Shown: positions 1 to 9,801 of the stretch, one piece after another
Layout of the letters: every line of letters starts with the position of its first letter
How positions within the stretch are numbered: the stretch's first letter is position 1
From: Uliginosibacterium gangwonense DSM 18521
GTDB taxonomy: Bacteria > Pseudomonadota > Gammaproteobacteria > Burkholderiales > Rhodocyclaceae
NCBI RefSeq assembly: GCF_000373965.1
Contig: NZ_KB892864.1
Span: 200,170-264,169, forward strand
DNA: 64,000 nucleotides
Direction: 5' to 3'
Translations under genes and position numbers: made by a program
The notes under the pieces: model-generated
Told to the model about the DNA's origin: nothing
The model's database searches: none
Seen by the model: the letters and a program-made list of their open reading frames with translations, nothing else

Positions 1-2611
1 CAACCATCGGTGCACGCATATCGATACGGGTATCCGCTCCCTGCCCACTCAGCGCCAGTGTGGCCACTGCGTTGAAAGCACCGATCCGACTCCCGTTGGC
101 CAATGCCGACAAAGCCAGACGTTGATCTTCAATCGCCGCGTTCAGGTCAAGGTTTTCCAACCCCAGCGCAACAGGGGAGTCGCCCTGCAAGATAAAGTCC
201 CCGCCCTCACGGAAAACATGCACTAACCCTTTGGCATGCTGGCGCGCCAAGTCCACGTCCCATTCTGCCCCCAGTTGAAGGCTGCGTCCACGGAACACGG
301 TGCGTTGATATTCGTCGAGCGAGAAGCCCAGTTGCACGCCAGAGAGTTTACCTTTGGCCAACAGGCGTTCTGGCGTCCATTCCGTCTGCATCAATTCGAT
401 GCGCCCTTGCTCGCCCCCCTGGCTGATCAGGCGTGCCGAGCCCAAGGCAACACGCTGGGATGACACAGCAAGAGTGGCCGGTTTTTCCAACGCAAACCGC
501 AGTGGCCCGGTAAGGCTCAATCCCTGGAGCCAGCCATTCCAGTTCCCATCGCGCAGCCCCCCGCTGGCGCTGGCACTCAGGCTGGCCTCATGAGGCAGAC
601 TCGCTTCCACGCTCAACTGGTGATTGCTGCGATTACCGCTCAAATCCACACTCGCCTTGGCAAGCAGGGTTTGCGCACCGGCAGCACTACTCTGCACCAG
701 ATCGCGTAATTGGGCATGCGCGTCGGTTCGCCCTCCCGCACCGCCTTGCAAATCAGCCTTGAACTTGAGTTCTGCAAGTTGCCATCCTCCTGGAGCACGC
801 AGCTGGTAGGCTTCTGCACTGAGTGAGCCTACCGGATCATCTGGAATGCCACCAACATAGCCTTGGGCATGCACGCGACCGCCAAATTGCCCACCCAGGC
901 GCTCCAGATAAGCCGCATCCACGAGAAACTGGAGTTGATCGGTGCGTGCACCAACGGCCCCGGTCAGATGCACACGGTTGCCCATGACATCCACATCAAC
1001 ATCCGCTTCATGCAAGCGTCCTGGCGAGAAACGAGCTTTCGCGTGCCCCTGCAATGGGTAATTTGCAAGTTTGCTGGGGGCGAGCGTCAAATCGAATTGC
1101 CCGCTTGGCGCGGGCGACAATGTACCGCTGCTTGTCAGGCTGGCACTAATCTGCCCGGCGGGCGCATCCTTGAGGAAGGCATGCGGGTCAAGGCGCTCCA
1201 CTTCCCCCTGCACTGCGTAGGCGCGGCTTCCGTTCAAGGCCAGTCGGCCAGAGAAGCGAGCACTGGCCTCGCGTGCCTGCAGCTCTGCCCGACTGATTTT
1301 CAGCACATTGCCTTCTTGCCTGCCTTCGGCCACCAGACGCATGCCCTGCGCGGCAAGATCAACACCAAACTGCTGCGCCTGCGCGTTGCCACGCGCATGG
1401 GCCTCCCCATCCACCAACATGCCCTGGGCATGGCTGGTGAATTGAGCCGGGTTCACTGCCTTGAGCTTCAAGGCTGCTTCAGCAGTTCCCCCCGCCTTGC
1501 CGGGCATCCAGGCCAATTCCCCCATTATCATGCCTTTATTCGGCAGATGCGCTTGCAACTGACTCAAGCGTAGCCGCCCATCTGCCCACTCAAGCTGGGT
1601 TTGCAACGCTGCAACAGGCAAGGCATTTTCATCGATCTTGCCAGGAGCATGATTGGTGATAGCAATCGGGCCACTGACCTGCCAATCCGCAGGGCCATTC
1701 TTTCCCGTCGCACTCAGGCGTGGCTGCAACTGTGCGCTGACATCCAGCATGGCCTTGGGCGCCTGCGGAGAAAATGCCGCCGGATTCAGTCCCTGTATGG
1801 CAAGCCGGGCACTATACAAAGGCATCGGCTCAAAGGGTTTGATTACCACATCCGCTTCGCCCTGGAGCGCACCACTGGCCTCACCCGCAACTTCTTTTGC
1901 GGCAAGATGCGCCTGGATATGCGCCAAGGAACCTTGCAGACGGGTGTCAATACGGGCGGGCCGTGCCTGCAGCATTGCCAGCAACCCGATCTGGCCAGAC
2001 AGGGCAAAGGGGGGCGAATCTGCCAAACTCAGGCGTCCATCCAGCTTGCCCAAAGGGGTTCGCATCTGCAGCCCATCGAGTGCGAGCATGCCACGATGAC
2101 TTTGGAATTGGGCGTGAATATCCTGTAAGGCAAGGCTTTCCTGCGTACTTTGCCCGTCAGCCGCCAGACTACCTTGGCGGAAAGTGGATACCTGCACATC
2201 CGCCAGCCGCACATCCAGAGGCAATTTCAGGCTGACAGGCAGACGTGCGGGCGCGGATGAATTTGATGGCGTGCGCCAGAGTGCTACTTGCTGGATATGC
2301 AGCGTGTCGACATCCAGCAAGTGCTGGCCCAAACGAAACGGATGCCAGGCAGCCTTGATCCCCTGGATATCCAGCTGCAAACCGGGCTGGGCAAAGCGGA
2401 GGCTATCCAGTTGCCAACGATCCAGCAGGCGCCCATGCCACCCCTCAAGGCGCAGCACGCCGCCAGAGACTGCGCTCACCCGTGCCGCAGCGAAACGCCC
2501 TCCGGATTCACTCCCGACAATCCAGGCCACCGTCGCCCATATGATGGACAAGCCAATCGCCAATACGGTGATTGCCGCACCTTGAAGCGTTCGCAAGAAA
2601 GGCTGGCGCAT
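1..2611 (-). CDS. TamB/AsmA-family outer-membrane biogenesis protein (translocation and assembly module TamB-like), 5' part only; gene runs off the window start
   Basis: The ORF track omits it because no stop codon falls inside the window. Reading the minus strand from ATG at 2611 gives a continuous frame with no stop through position 1. It begins MRQPFLRTLQGAAITVLAIGLSIIWATVAWIVG, which looks like a signal anchor. A long Ala/Gly/Leu/Gln-rich periplasmic region follows, typical of TamB/AsmA. The start sits 23 bp downstream of the trpC stop on the same strand. My translation was done by eye, so the family call is tentative. Confidence 0.5.
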   Translation of the reverse strand, partial: MRQPFLRTLQGAAITVLAIGLSIIWATVAWIVGSESGGRFAAARVSAVSGGVLRLEGWHGRLLDRWQLDSLRFAQPGLQLDIQGIKAAWHPFRLGQHLLDVDTLHIQQVALWRTPSNSSAPARLPVSLKLPLDVRLADVQVSTFRQGSLAADGQSTQESLALQDIHAQFQSHRGMLALDGLQMRTPLGKLDGRLSLADSPPFALSGQIGLLAMLQARPARIDTRLQGSLAHIQAHLAAKEVAGEASGALQGEADVVIKPFEPMPLYSARLAIQGLNPAAFSPQAPKAMLDVSAQLQPRLSATGKNGPADWQVSGPIAITNHAPGKIDENALPVAALQTQLEWADGRLRLSQLQAHLPNKGMIMGELAWMPGKAGGTAEAALKLKAVNPAQFTSHAQGMLVDGEAHARGNAQAQQFGVDLAAQGMRLVAEGRQEGNVLKISRAELQAREASARFSGRLALNGSRAYAVQGEVERLDPHAFLKDAPAGQISASLTSSGTLSPAPSGQFDLTLAPSKLANYPLQGHAKARFSPGRLHEADVDVDVMGNRVHLTGAVGARTDQLQFLVDAAYLERLGGQFGGRVHAQGYVGGIPDDPVGSLSAEAYQLRAPGGWQLAELKFKADLQGGAGGRTDAHAQLRDLVQSSAAGAQTLLAKASVDLSGNRSNHQLSVEASLPHEASLSASASGGLRDGNWNGWLQGLSLTGPLRFALEKPATLAVSSQRVALGSARLISQGGEQGRIELMQTEWTPERLLAKGKLSGVQLGFSLDEYQRTVFRGRSLQLGAEWDVDLARQHAKGLVHVFREGGDFILQGDSPVALGLENLDLNAAIEDQRLALSALANGSRIGAFNAVATLALSGQGADTRIDMRAPMV

Positions 2612-2633
2612 GCTGAGCCTGCCAGCAGAGACG

Positions 2634-3467
2634 TCAGGCAAAGAGCCGGGCCAGTTCTGCGCCGGGATCAGCCGCACGCATAAAGGCTTCGCCCACCAGG
2701 AAGGCATTGACGGCATGCGAGCGCATCAGCGCCACATCCTCCGGCCCCCGGATGCCGCTTTCAGTCACCACGATGCGCTCGGCTCCGATCCGCCCCAGTT
2801 GGCCAAGCGTCGTGTCCAACGACACCTCGAAGGTACGCAGGTTGCGGTTGTTGATCCCAAGCAGCGGGGTGCGCAGATGCAGGGCAATATCGAGTTCGGC
2901 AGCGTCATGCACCTCCACCAGAACCGCCAGCCCCAACTGATGGGCCAGGGTCTCCAGCTCCAGCAGGCGGCGCTGCGCGGCCTCTGCCGCTGCGGCACCG
3001 GTCACGCCTTCCGGTGGCAGGAAAGCAGCGACGATCAGCAGGATGCAATCGGCCCCCATCGCACGGGCTTCATACACCTGGTATTCATCAATGATGAAAT
3101 CCTTGCGCAAGACTGGCAATGCGCAGGCTGCACGCGCGGCTTGCAGAAATTCCGGGCAGCCCTGGAAATACTGCCGGTCGGTGAGTACCGACAGGCAGGC
3201 CGCACCACCGCGTTCGTAGGATGCAGCAATCTCAGCAGGCTGGAAATCCGCCCGGATTACCCCCTTGGAGGGGCTGGCACGCTTGACCTCGGCAATCACC
3301 CCAGCCTTACCTGCGGCGATCTTGCTGCGGATGGCGCCAACAAAATCGCGCACGGGTAGCGCTTTGCCCGCAGCCTCCACAATTGCGGTGCATGACACGC
3401 TTTGCACCGCCAGTTCGATTTCTTCGCGCTTGGTCGCCAGAATTTTTTGCAGGATATCAGCCATCAA
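2634..3467 (-). CDS. trpC: indole-3-glycerol phosphate synthase
   Basis: 277 aa. Contains [10 protein letters not shown] and the LTDRQYFQG / [10 protein letters not shown] motifs that align to E. coli TrpC IGPS-domain motifs. Confidence 0.9.
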   Translation of the reverse strand: MMADILQKILATKREEIELAVQSVSCTAIVEAAGKALPVRDFVGAIRSKIAAGKAGVIAEVKRASPSKGVIRADFQPAEIAASYERGGAACLSVLTDRQYFQGCPEFLQAARAACALPVLRKDFIIDEYQVYEARAMGADCILLIVAAFLPPEGVTGAAAAEAAQRRLLELETLAHQLGLAVLVEVHDAAELDIALHLRTPLLGINNRNLRTFEVSLDTTLGQLGRIGAERIVVTESGIRGPEDVALMRSHAVNAFLVGEAFMRAADPGAELARLFA

Positions 3468-3562
3468 ATCAGCATCCGAAAATTGGTCTATTAATGCCTC
3501 ATCATGCCATACAGGCCACGATAATCAGGAAATTGCAGTCGCTTGCGCCCAAACCGACAGGT

Positions 3563-5764
3563 TCAGGCCCGCACAGCGGAGATCACCCCATCAATCTCGC
3601 CAATCTGTTGCAGCACACGCTGGGCCACGGTTCCGCCAGAGACTTCGATGGTAAAGCGCATATGCGCCCGCCCAGCCTTGGAGATGGTATTCACGCCCGT
3701 TACGTTGAGCTTGTCCTTGGTGAAGACATCGGAGATATCCCTCAGCAGGCCAGGGCGATCCATGGCTTCGACCATGATGTCGAGCGAGAACGCCTCAGGC
3801 CGCGCATCCTTGGCGGTGGCCAGATGCCCCCATTCGGCAGGCACGATCCGCTCCGGGTGGCGGTGAGCCAAATTCAGGAAACTCTTGCAATCTTCACGGT
3901 GGATCGATACGCCTCGGCCACGCGTCACAAACCCCTGGATAGTATCGGGCGGCACGGGCTTGCAGCAGCGGGCCAACTGGGTGAGCAAACGGCCCACGCC
4001 CACGACCAGCACCCGATCATCCTGATCAACGGCCTTGCGCCGCTCGCTGATCACCAGTTCTGGCGCAGGCGGAATCGGCACCACCGGCTGCAAGGCGTTG
4101 TGGATCTGGCGGCCACTCACATCTCCACGCCCCACGGCTAGGTAGAAGGTAGTGGTGTCCTTGAAGCCCAGCTGCGCGGCGAGATCTTCCTGGTTGGTCT
4201 GGGTCAGGCCGCTGCGTTGCAGCTCGCGGATCACAATGGCGCGACCCTGCGCGGCAGTCTCATCCTCTTCCTGTTGCACAAACCAGCGTCGCACCTTGGC
4301 GCGGGCGTTGGAAGTCACCAGATAACCCAGCTGCGGGTTGAGCCAGTCACGCGAAGGGCCGCCCTGCTTGGCAGAGATGATCTCGACTACCTGACCACTG
4401 ACCAGGGGGCGATCCAGCGGCAGCATCTGCCCATCCACCTTGGCGCCCCGGCACCGGTGGCCCAGATCGGTATGCAGGCGATAGGCAAAGTCGATGGCCG
4501 TCGCCCCGGTAGGCAGGTCGATCACCCGGCCCTGCGGCGTGGCGACATACACGGTGTCATCCAGTGCAGCCTGACGGGTGTGTTCTTCCCAGACGGAAGC
4601 ATCGGTGACTTCATCACGCCAGGACAGCAGTTGGCGCAGCAGCGAAATCTTTTCGTCGTAGGCGCCACCGCCCTGCTTGGCACCTTCCTTGTAGCGCCAG
4701 TGGGCGGCCACACCCAGCTCGGCGTGGCGGTGCATCTCGTAGGTGCGGATCTGCACCTCCATCGCCCGCCCGTCCGCCGCACGTACGGCGGTATGCAGGG
4801 ATTGGTAGTTGTTGCCCTTGGGTTTGAGGATGTAGTCGTCAAATTCCTTGGGAATCGGCTCCCACAGCTCATGCACAAGGCTCAGCACTGCATAGCAGTC
4901 GCGCACCTCATCAACCAGCACGCGCAAGGCCCGCACGTCATAGACCTGATCGAAGTCGACGTGTTTGTTGCGCATCTTGTTCCAGATGCTGTAGATGTGC
5001 TTGGGGCGGCCATAGACTTCGGCCTTTACGCCAATGGCAGCCACATCAAGCTTGAGGCGGGCGATGGAATCGGTAATAAAGGCTTCACGTTCCACCCGGC
5101 GCTCATCAAGCTGCTTGGCGATGCGCTTGTAGGTATCCGGCTCAAGGAAGCGGAAAGAGAGATCTTCCAGCTCCCACTTGAGTTGCCACACCCCCAGCCG
5201 GTTGGCCAGCGGGGCATACAGATCCATACTCTCGCGGGCGATATCGAGCGATACGCTCTCACGATTGGCCGTAAAGAAGCGCAGGGTCTGCACCCGCGAA
5301 GCCAGCCGCAGCAGAACCACGCGGATATCTTCAGCCAGCGCCAGCACCATCTTGCGCAGCACTTCGTTTTGCGAATGCAGGTCTGCCGCCGTTCCGTTGG
5401 AATGAGACACCATATGCAGGCGATTGAGCCGCCGCAAGCCTTCCACCAGCTTGGCCGCAAGCGGGCTGAAGCGCTCGGCAATACGTTCGCTGGCGTTCTC
5501 TTCGTATTCCGGCACCGCAAACAGCAAAGCGGCAATCCGGGCATCCAGATCAAGCTTGAGCGAGACGGCAATCAGCGAAATACCCAGGGCATGCTGCCAG
5601 GCCTCTTCCCCGCTGCCGAGCTGACGCCCAGCGTAAAGGGCCTGAGCCCATTCCACTGCCTGCTGCAAGGCAGGCAGCGCATCGGGGCCAAGACCGGCTG
5701 CAAGCAGCTCGGGAACCGGGGTGGCGCCATCTGTATTGGCGACAGAGTGTTGTACGGAAACCAT
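3563..5764 (-). CDS. relA: GTP pyrophosphokinase, (p)ppGpp synthetase RelA (RelA/SpoT family)
   Basis: 733 aa with a RelA/SpoT synthetase core (YQSLHT, RxKHxYSIWNKM-type motifs) and C-terminal TGS/ACT regions. The N-terminal domain lacks the HD dyad (LFAVPEY in place of HD), as in monofunctional RelA. Confidence 0.8.
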   Translation of the reverse strand: MVSVQHSVANTDGATPVPELLAAGLGPDALPALQQAVEWAQALYAGRQLGSGEEAWQHALGISLIAVSLKLDLDARIAALLFAVPEYEENASERIAERFSPLAAKLVEGLRRLNRLHMVSHSNGTAADLHSQNEVLRKMVLALAEDIRVVLLRLASRVQTLRFFTANRESVSLDIARESMDLYAPLANRLGVWQLKWELEDLSFRFLEPDTYKRIAKQLDERRVEREAFITDSIARLKLDVAAIGVKAEVYGRPKHIYSIWNKMRNKHVDFDQVYDVRALRVLVDEVRDCYAVLSLVHELWEPIPKEFDDYILKPKGNNYQSLHTAVRAADGRAMEVQIRTYEMHRHAELGVAAHWRYKEGAKQGGGAYDEKISLLRQLLSWRDEVTDASVWEEHTRQAALDDTVYVATPQGRVIDLPTGATAIDFAYRLHTDLGHRCRGAKVDGQMLPLDRPLVSGQVVEIISAKQGGPSRDWLNPQLGYLVTSNARAKVRRWFVQQEEDETAAQGRAIVIRELQRSGLTQTNQEDLAAQLGFKDTTTFYLAVGRGDVSGRQIHNALQPVVPIPPAPELVISERRKAVDQDDRVLVVGVGRLLTQLARCCKPVPPDTIQGFVTRGRGVSIHREDCKSFLNLAHRHPERIVPAEWGHLATAKDARPEAFSLDIMVEAMDRPGLLRDISDVFTKDKLNVTGVNTISKAGRAHMRFTIEVSGGTVAQRVLQQIGEIDGVISAVRA

Positions 5765-5891
5765 GCGTGCATTATCCCATACCGGGCGTTACGAAAATAT
5801 CTTGATTTGAATGCCCACAATCCAAAAAGGTTCAAAGTCTCTACCGCAGCCTGTGCAACTGCTTCGCCACAACCCAACACACATCGGTACA

Positions 5892-6824
5892 ATGGATTCT
5901 TTATCAATCAGGATTCCTCCTTCCATGCTGCGTTGGCTTCCGGCAACCGCCCGGGGCGTTGCTGCCTCGATCATCATCGGCTTGAACACCCTTCTGGTAT
6001 GCATATTCTTCATCCCGTTTGCGCTGGTGAAGCTGCTGATCCCAGTCCCGGCAATCCGCAAGCTGACAGACCATTGCCTGATCTGGCTCGCCAATGCCTG
6101 GGTCAGCGTCAACCACGGCTGGATGACTGCGGTGCAAAAACTGGATTGGCATGTCAGCGGCCTTGAGGACCTGAATCCGCGTGGCTGGTATCTGGTGAGT
6201 TGCAACCACCAGAGCTGGGCGGACATCGTGATCCTGCAGCGCGTCCTGCAAGGGCATATCCCCTTTCTCAAATTCTTCCTCAAGCGCGAGCTGATCTATG
6301 TTCCCGTCATCGGCTTCGCGTGGTGGGCGCTGGATTTCCCCTTCATGCGCCGAGGCGGCAAAACCCTGGCCACGGCTGCGGCAGACCTTGCCACAGCACG
6401 CAAATCCTGCGAAAAATTCCGCCATATCCCCACTTCGGTCATCAACTTTCTGGAAGGCACACGCTTTACGGCGGCCAAACATGCCACCCAGCATTCTCCC
6501 TACCAGCATTTGCTTAAGCCCAAGAGCGGGGGTGCCGCCATTGCGCTGGCTACGATGGGTGACCTGTTCAATGCCATGTTGGATGTGACCATTGTGTACC
6601 CCGGTGGCACCCCGACTTTCTGGCAGGTGATGTGTGGCCAAATGGGCAAGGTGGTAATCGAGGTCAAATCCATCCAGATTCCAGCCGAACACATCCAAGG
6701 TGCGGCCTCTGGTGACCCACGGGCACGGGCACTCATCCAGCGTTGGCTCAATGATTTGTGGAAAGAGAAGGATTCCCGTATCGGTGAGCTGCTTGGCAAG
6801 CCCGCCCAGAACCCAGAAGCCTGA
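5892..6824 (+). CDS. PlsC-family lysophospholipid/1-acyl-glycerol-3-phosphate acyltransferase (HX4D motif)
   Basis: The ORF track starts at 5811. The in-frame ATG at 5892 (MDSLSIRIPPSMLRW...) is the more plausible start because it precedes the TM segment. The acyltransferase motif CNHQSWADI and FLEGTR are present. Confidence 0.7.
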   Translation: MDSLSIRIPPSMLRWLPATARGVAASIIIGLNTLLVCIFFIPFALVKLLIPVPAIRKLTDHCLIWLANAWVSVNHGWMTAVQKLDWHVSGLEDLNPRGWYLVSCNHQSWADIVILQRVLQGHIPFLKFFLKRELIYVPVIGFAWWALDFPFMRRGGKTLATAAADLATARKSCEKFRHIPTSVINFLEGTRFTAAKHATQHSPYQHLLKPKSGGAAIALATMGDLFNAMLDVTIVYPGGTPTFWQVMCGQMGKVVIEVKSIQIPAEHIQGAASGDPRARALIQRWLNDLWKEKDSRIGELLGKPAQNPEA

Positions 6825-6876
6825 CCCTTTGGGCGCAGGGCTGCGCCTGCTGGCCCGGCCGAACGTTCTGGCCGGG

Positions 6877-7698
6877 TTGTCTTCAGCCCTGCTTGCTGTC
6901 CTATTTTCCGTCCTGTTTTCCGTCAACTCCCAGGCGCAAACGTCCCAGACACCCCCACTGCCGCGCACGCAGATCACCCGCCTGGAGCAGGCCTGCAATT
7001 TCCTGGCGGCGGAAAAGCCCACGGATTTCGTGCTTGAAAATGCCTGCGCTCGGCATCTGGAAACAATCGGCCAGATGCTCCGGCACAGTACATGGCGGGA
7101 TGAATGCGAGCGTAATATTCTGCCGGGCCTGGAGAATCTGGGCTCCTATTATGAGCAAACCCCTGGCAGCAGTGAAATCGGCGTAGACAAGCTGCTCTTC
7201 CTCCCTTTGGGGAGAGGGCATTTTCTGATCGCGCTGGCATGCAGCCAGGGCGCCTACAACACCGACTACCTGGTTTTCACTTACGAGGATAGGCCCCACC
7301 CCGCCCAGCCGAAATTATTGTGGTTCCCTGAAATCCAATACTCAGGAAATCACGTGCGGCTGCATTACACGGCAAGGCTCACGCTACGTGATTTCGACGC
7401 CAGAACGCACTCCCTATACCACTATGCCAAATATCTGGGTAATGGCTCAGGAGGTAACTACGCCGAATATGTGATTGATGCCAAAACTTTCATGCCCCGG
7501 CTCAAGGTCTGGATCAGCAAAGCAGATACAGACCACCAGGGCAATTATCAGTTCAAGCGCGGACAACGCCCACACGCCAAGGGCTGGCAAGCCTACCCAC
7601 ATCCGGCGCAAGGCAAGCTCGGCGCGATTGATCAACGCAGCAAGCAGCCCTTTTCAACTCACCCCAAAATCGAAAGCTTGCCAGACGTACCAGAATAG
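6877..7698 (+). CDS. hypothetical exported protein (Cys-containing, signal peptide ...LLAVLFSVLFSVNSQAQT)
   Basis: The ORF track's GTG start at 6700 lies inside the upstream acyltransferase gene. The first start after that gene's stop (6824) is TTG at 6877. A signal-peptide-like N-terminus follows. The start is uncertain and I did not recognise a family. Confidence 0.4.
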   Translation: MSSALLAVLFSVLFSVNSQAQTSQTPPLPRTQITRLEQACNFLAAEKPTDFVLENACARHLETIGQMLRHSTWRDECERNILPGLENLGSYYEQTPGSSEIGVDKLLFLPLGRGHFLIALACSQGAYNTDYLVFTYEDRPHPAQPKLLWFPEIQYSGNHVRLHYTARLTLRDFDARTHSLYHYAKYLGNGSGGNYAEYVIDAKTFMPRLKVWISKADTDHQGNYQFKRGQRPHAKGWQAYPHPAQGKLGAIDQRSKQPFSTHPKIESLPDVPE

Positions 7699-8138
7699 CT
7701 GCTGTACAGATCGGCAAGCGACGAGGAGGATGAGTCTGTGCCCGCATTCGCATTGAGCGCAGAAAACACGCTGTCATTGAGCGCATTGCTCTGACCCAAG
7801 GCAGAAAGGCTGCTGGAATCGGCCTGACTCTCTGGCCCATACAGCTGCATGGAGCTTTGTACCTTCAGCAAAAGCCCCTTGGCATTGTAGAGTGCATTAT
7901 CTGATTCGGTTTTGCCCAGGGCCGCATTGCCCAGCGACACCAGATCCTGATACACCGGGTCGGATGACGAGGAAGCCGTTGCGCCCTGTTCCACCAGCGA
8001 TTTTGCCAAAGCCAGCAACTGGTCATCGCCAAGCTTCGCAGTGCCATCCTTGCCATTCGATTTGCCCCCGTTGACCTCATTGGAAACCTTGTTGAGCAAG
8101 GTGGTGTAGGAAGCGGGGTTTACGGATGAAATTGTCAT
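7659..8138 (-). CDS. hypothetical Ser/Ala/Gln-rich low-complexity protein; paralogue of the upstream gene
   Basis: 159 aa with no signal peptide. It shares the N-terminal pattern M-x-[IV]-S-[AS]-V-[DN] and the D..L..L..SL.Q/G motif with the 321-aa protein 28 bp upstream, so the two are probably co-transcribed. Confidence 0.5.
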   Translation of the reverse strand: MTISSVNPASYTTLLNKVSNEVNGGKSNGKDGTAKLGDDQLLALAKSLVEQGATASSSSDPVYQDLVSLGNAALGKTESDNALYNAKGLLLKVQSSMQLYGPESQADSSSLSALGQSNALNDSVFSALNANAGTDSSSSSLADLYSSYSGTSGKLSILG

Positions 8139-8166
8139 TTTTCAATCCTCTCTGCGCAGCGCAGCA

Positions 8167-9132
8167 TCAGGCGATATGCTTATCTGGTTTGTGCGCATGT
8201 GCCTTGTGCGACGCGTGCGTGTCAGTGCTCCCGCTGGTGGCGTTGCCGGAGTTCGCTGTTGCGGCAGATGCTGTCGTAACCGGTGAAGATGATGAGGGCG
8301 GTGTAGGTGGTGCAGGCGGCGTAATCCCGATTGGCCGGGCGCTCTGTACACCGGCTGCACTCAGGGCGCTAGCCACCTTGGCAATATTGTTCGGATGCGG
8401 GCCGTCCAGCGCGGTGATGGTATTGGCAACAGACGGAGTGCTGGCGGTAGGCGTGGCGCTGGCTGCGACCGCTCCTGTGCTATCGGCAGGAGTGGCAGAA
8501 AAATTCCGTAGATGGCCCGTAGCGGGCCCGGATGCCAACGACATGGACTTGATATCCTGCTCAAGCTGGCTCAACAACCGTTGTGCAGCGCCATTATCCC
8601 CGGACTGTATCGATTGCCCCAGCGAAGCCAGATCGGTCTGCACACTGGTACTCAAGCCCCCATTCGCAGTCCCTGCCTGTGTCGGCAAAGCCATCGCCTC
8701 CTGGCTGGCCCCTTGCATCAAGGCATACACGGATTGGGCATTCTGAATCTGTTGTTGCAGATGGCTCTGCCAGACTGTCTGCGCGTCCCCTTCCAGCCGA
8801 TCCAGCGCATTTTGCGCCTGGCCCAGACTGCCCGTTTGCAACGCCTGCCCCAAGGCAGCCCAATCGGTCGCCACAGGGCTTTGGCTGGCACGCAATGAGG
8901 TGCTGGCCGCTGCCGTTACACCGGGAGCTGCCGTCGTAGCATCTGGCGCCGCAGTCTGGCGGGGTGCAAAGCTCGCCTGGACGCGTTGAAAATCAGCATA
9001 GGCTTGCTGGGCTGCACCCAAATTGCCGTTCTGCAAAGACTGCACCAGCTGGTCGAAATCCGACCTTGCCTGCTGCACATTCGGACGAGAACGCAGCGGG
9101 CCCAATGATTGATCTACAGCGGAGACGTTCAT
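8167..9132 (-). CDS. hypothetical protein with three tandem ~45-aa repeats (D-x-x-x-L-x-Q-[SA]-[LI]-Q-x-G-x-x-G-x-A-Q...)
   Basis: 321 aa. The repeats are DFDQLVQSLQNGNLGAAQQAYADFQ, DWAALGQALQTGSLGQAQNALDRLEGD and DLASLGQSIQSGDNGAAQRLLSQLEQD. The C-terminus is Pro/Ser/Thr/Ala-rich with an HASHKAHAHKPDKH tail. No signal peptide. Confidence 0.5.
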   Translation of the reverse strand: MNVSAVDQSLGPLRSRPNVQQARSDFDQLVQSLQNGNLGAAQQAYADFQRVQASFAPRQTAAPDATTAAPGVTAAASTSLRASQSPVATDWAALGQALQTGSLGQAQNALDRLEGDAQTVWQSHLQQQIQNAQSVYALMQGASQEAMALPTQAGTANGGLSTSVQTDLASLGQSIQSGDNGAAQRLLSQLEQDIKSMSLASGPATGHLRNFSATPADSTGAVAASATPTASTPSVANTITALDGPHPNNIAKVASALSAAGVQSARPIGITPPAPPTPPSSSSPVTTASAATANSGNATSGSTDTHASHKAHAHKPDKHIA

Positions 9133-9435
9133 GATGACTCCCTATTCCATTTCCAATTCAACTCATTTGACATACACATCAAATGAACCGCTTCGGAAGC
9201 GAACAACACATAACAGTCAAACCTGCCGCCAGACGGCAAAAACTGCCGCGCCATGTGCCGATAGCGGCAAATCCTGCATCGGCACAAAGACAAAAGTGGC
9301 ACACACAGCGGATCAACGCATGGAGCGTGCCATCCTTGTACAGACACAATGACAGCCCCTTGGCAAAGGCGGTGCTTTCTGTTGCAATGGGAAACATCAG
9401 ATTGAACAATACAGGGCGCAGAGGCCCCAGCCATC

Positions 9436-9801
9436 ATGGAACTTTCAGTGCTTGCAAAATCCAGCATCGGCTTTTTTCTGGTTTTGCTGATCCAGTTGGC
9501 AGCGCGCAGCAAATGGTATTACCTGTCTGCCCTGCTGCCGCTCTTCCCCTCCATGGCGCTGTTCTCGTATTACTTCGTCGGGCAGAACCATTCTGTGGAA
9601 ACCTTGCAGGAGACAATTGTCTTTGGCATGTTCTCGCTCCTGCCTTATTTCTGCTTCCTGCTCGCCCTCTATTTCAGTGTGCGTGGCTTCCGCATTGTTC
9701 CAGCGCTCTGGCTGGCTTCGGGCGCATGGCTGGTCGTAGCCGCCGTGCAGATCCAGGCTTGGCCCTGGGTGAGAGCAGCCCTGGGTTTCAGGGCGTCGTG
9801 A
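9436..9801 (+). CDS. small inner-membrane protein, GlpM-like family
   Basis: 121 aa with 4 TM segments. The YYLSALLPLFPSMALFSYYFVG...LLPYF pattern resembles GlpM-family proteins. The comparison is from memory. Confidence 0.45.
   Translation: MELSVLAKSSIGFFLVLLIQLAARSKWYYLSALLPLFPSMALFSYYFVGQNHSVETLQETIVFGMFSLLPYFCFLLALYFSVRGFRIVPALWLASGAWLVVAAVQIQAWPWVRAALGFRAS

Noticed and set aside
863-2585. Several 100-250-aa plus-strand ORFs at the window start
   Set aside because: The minus strand here is one continuous frame encoding a TamB/AsmA-like protein that runs off the window. The plus-strand ORFs are antisense artefacts.
5811-5891. Upstream start of the acyltransferase ORF
   Set aside because: The first 27 codons lie in the relA divergent promoter region and are not hydrophobic or conserved-looking. 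The ATG at 5892 precedes the TM segment.
4217-6166. 649-aa plus-strand ORF
   Set aside because: It is antisense to relA. Long stop-free antisense frames are expected at ~62% GC. It has no recognisable domains, while the relA frame has clear RelA/SpoT motifs.
5904-7022. 372-aa minus-strand ORF with NRTENRTAS repeat
   Set aside because: It is antisense to the acyltransferase and exported-protein genes. The peptide repeat mirrors a short DNA tandem repeat (GTCCTRTTTTCC x2 at 6898-6924) in the signal-peptide coding region of the plus-strand gene.
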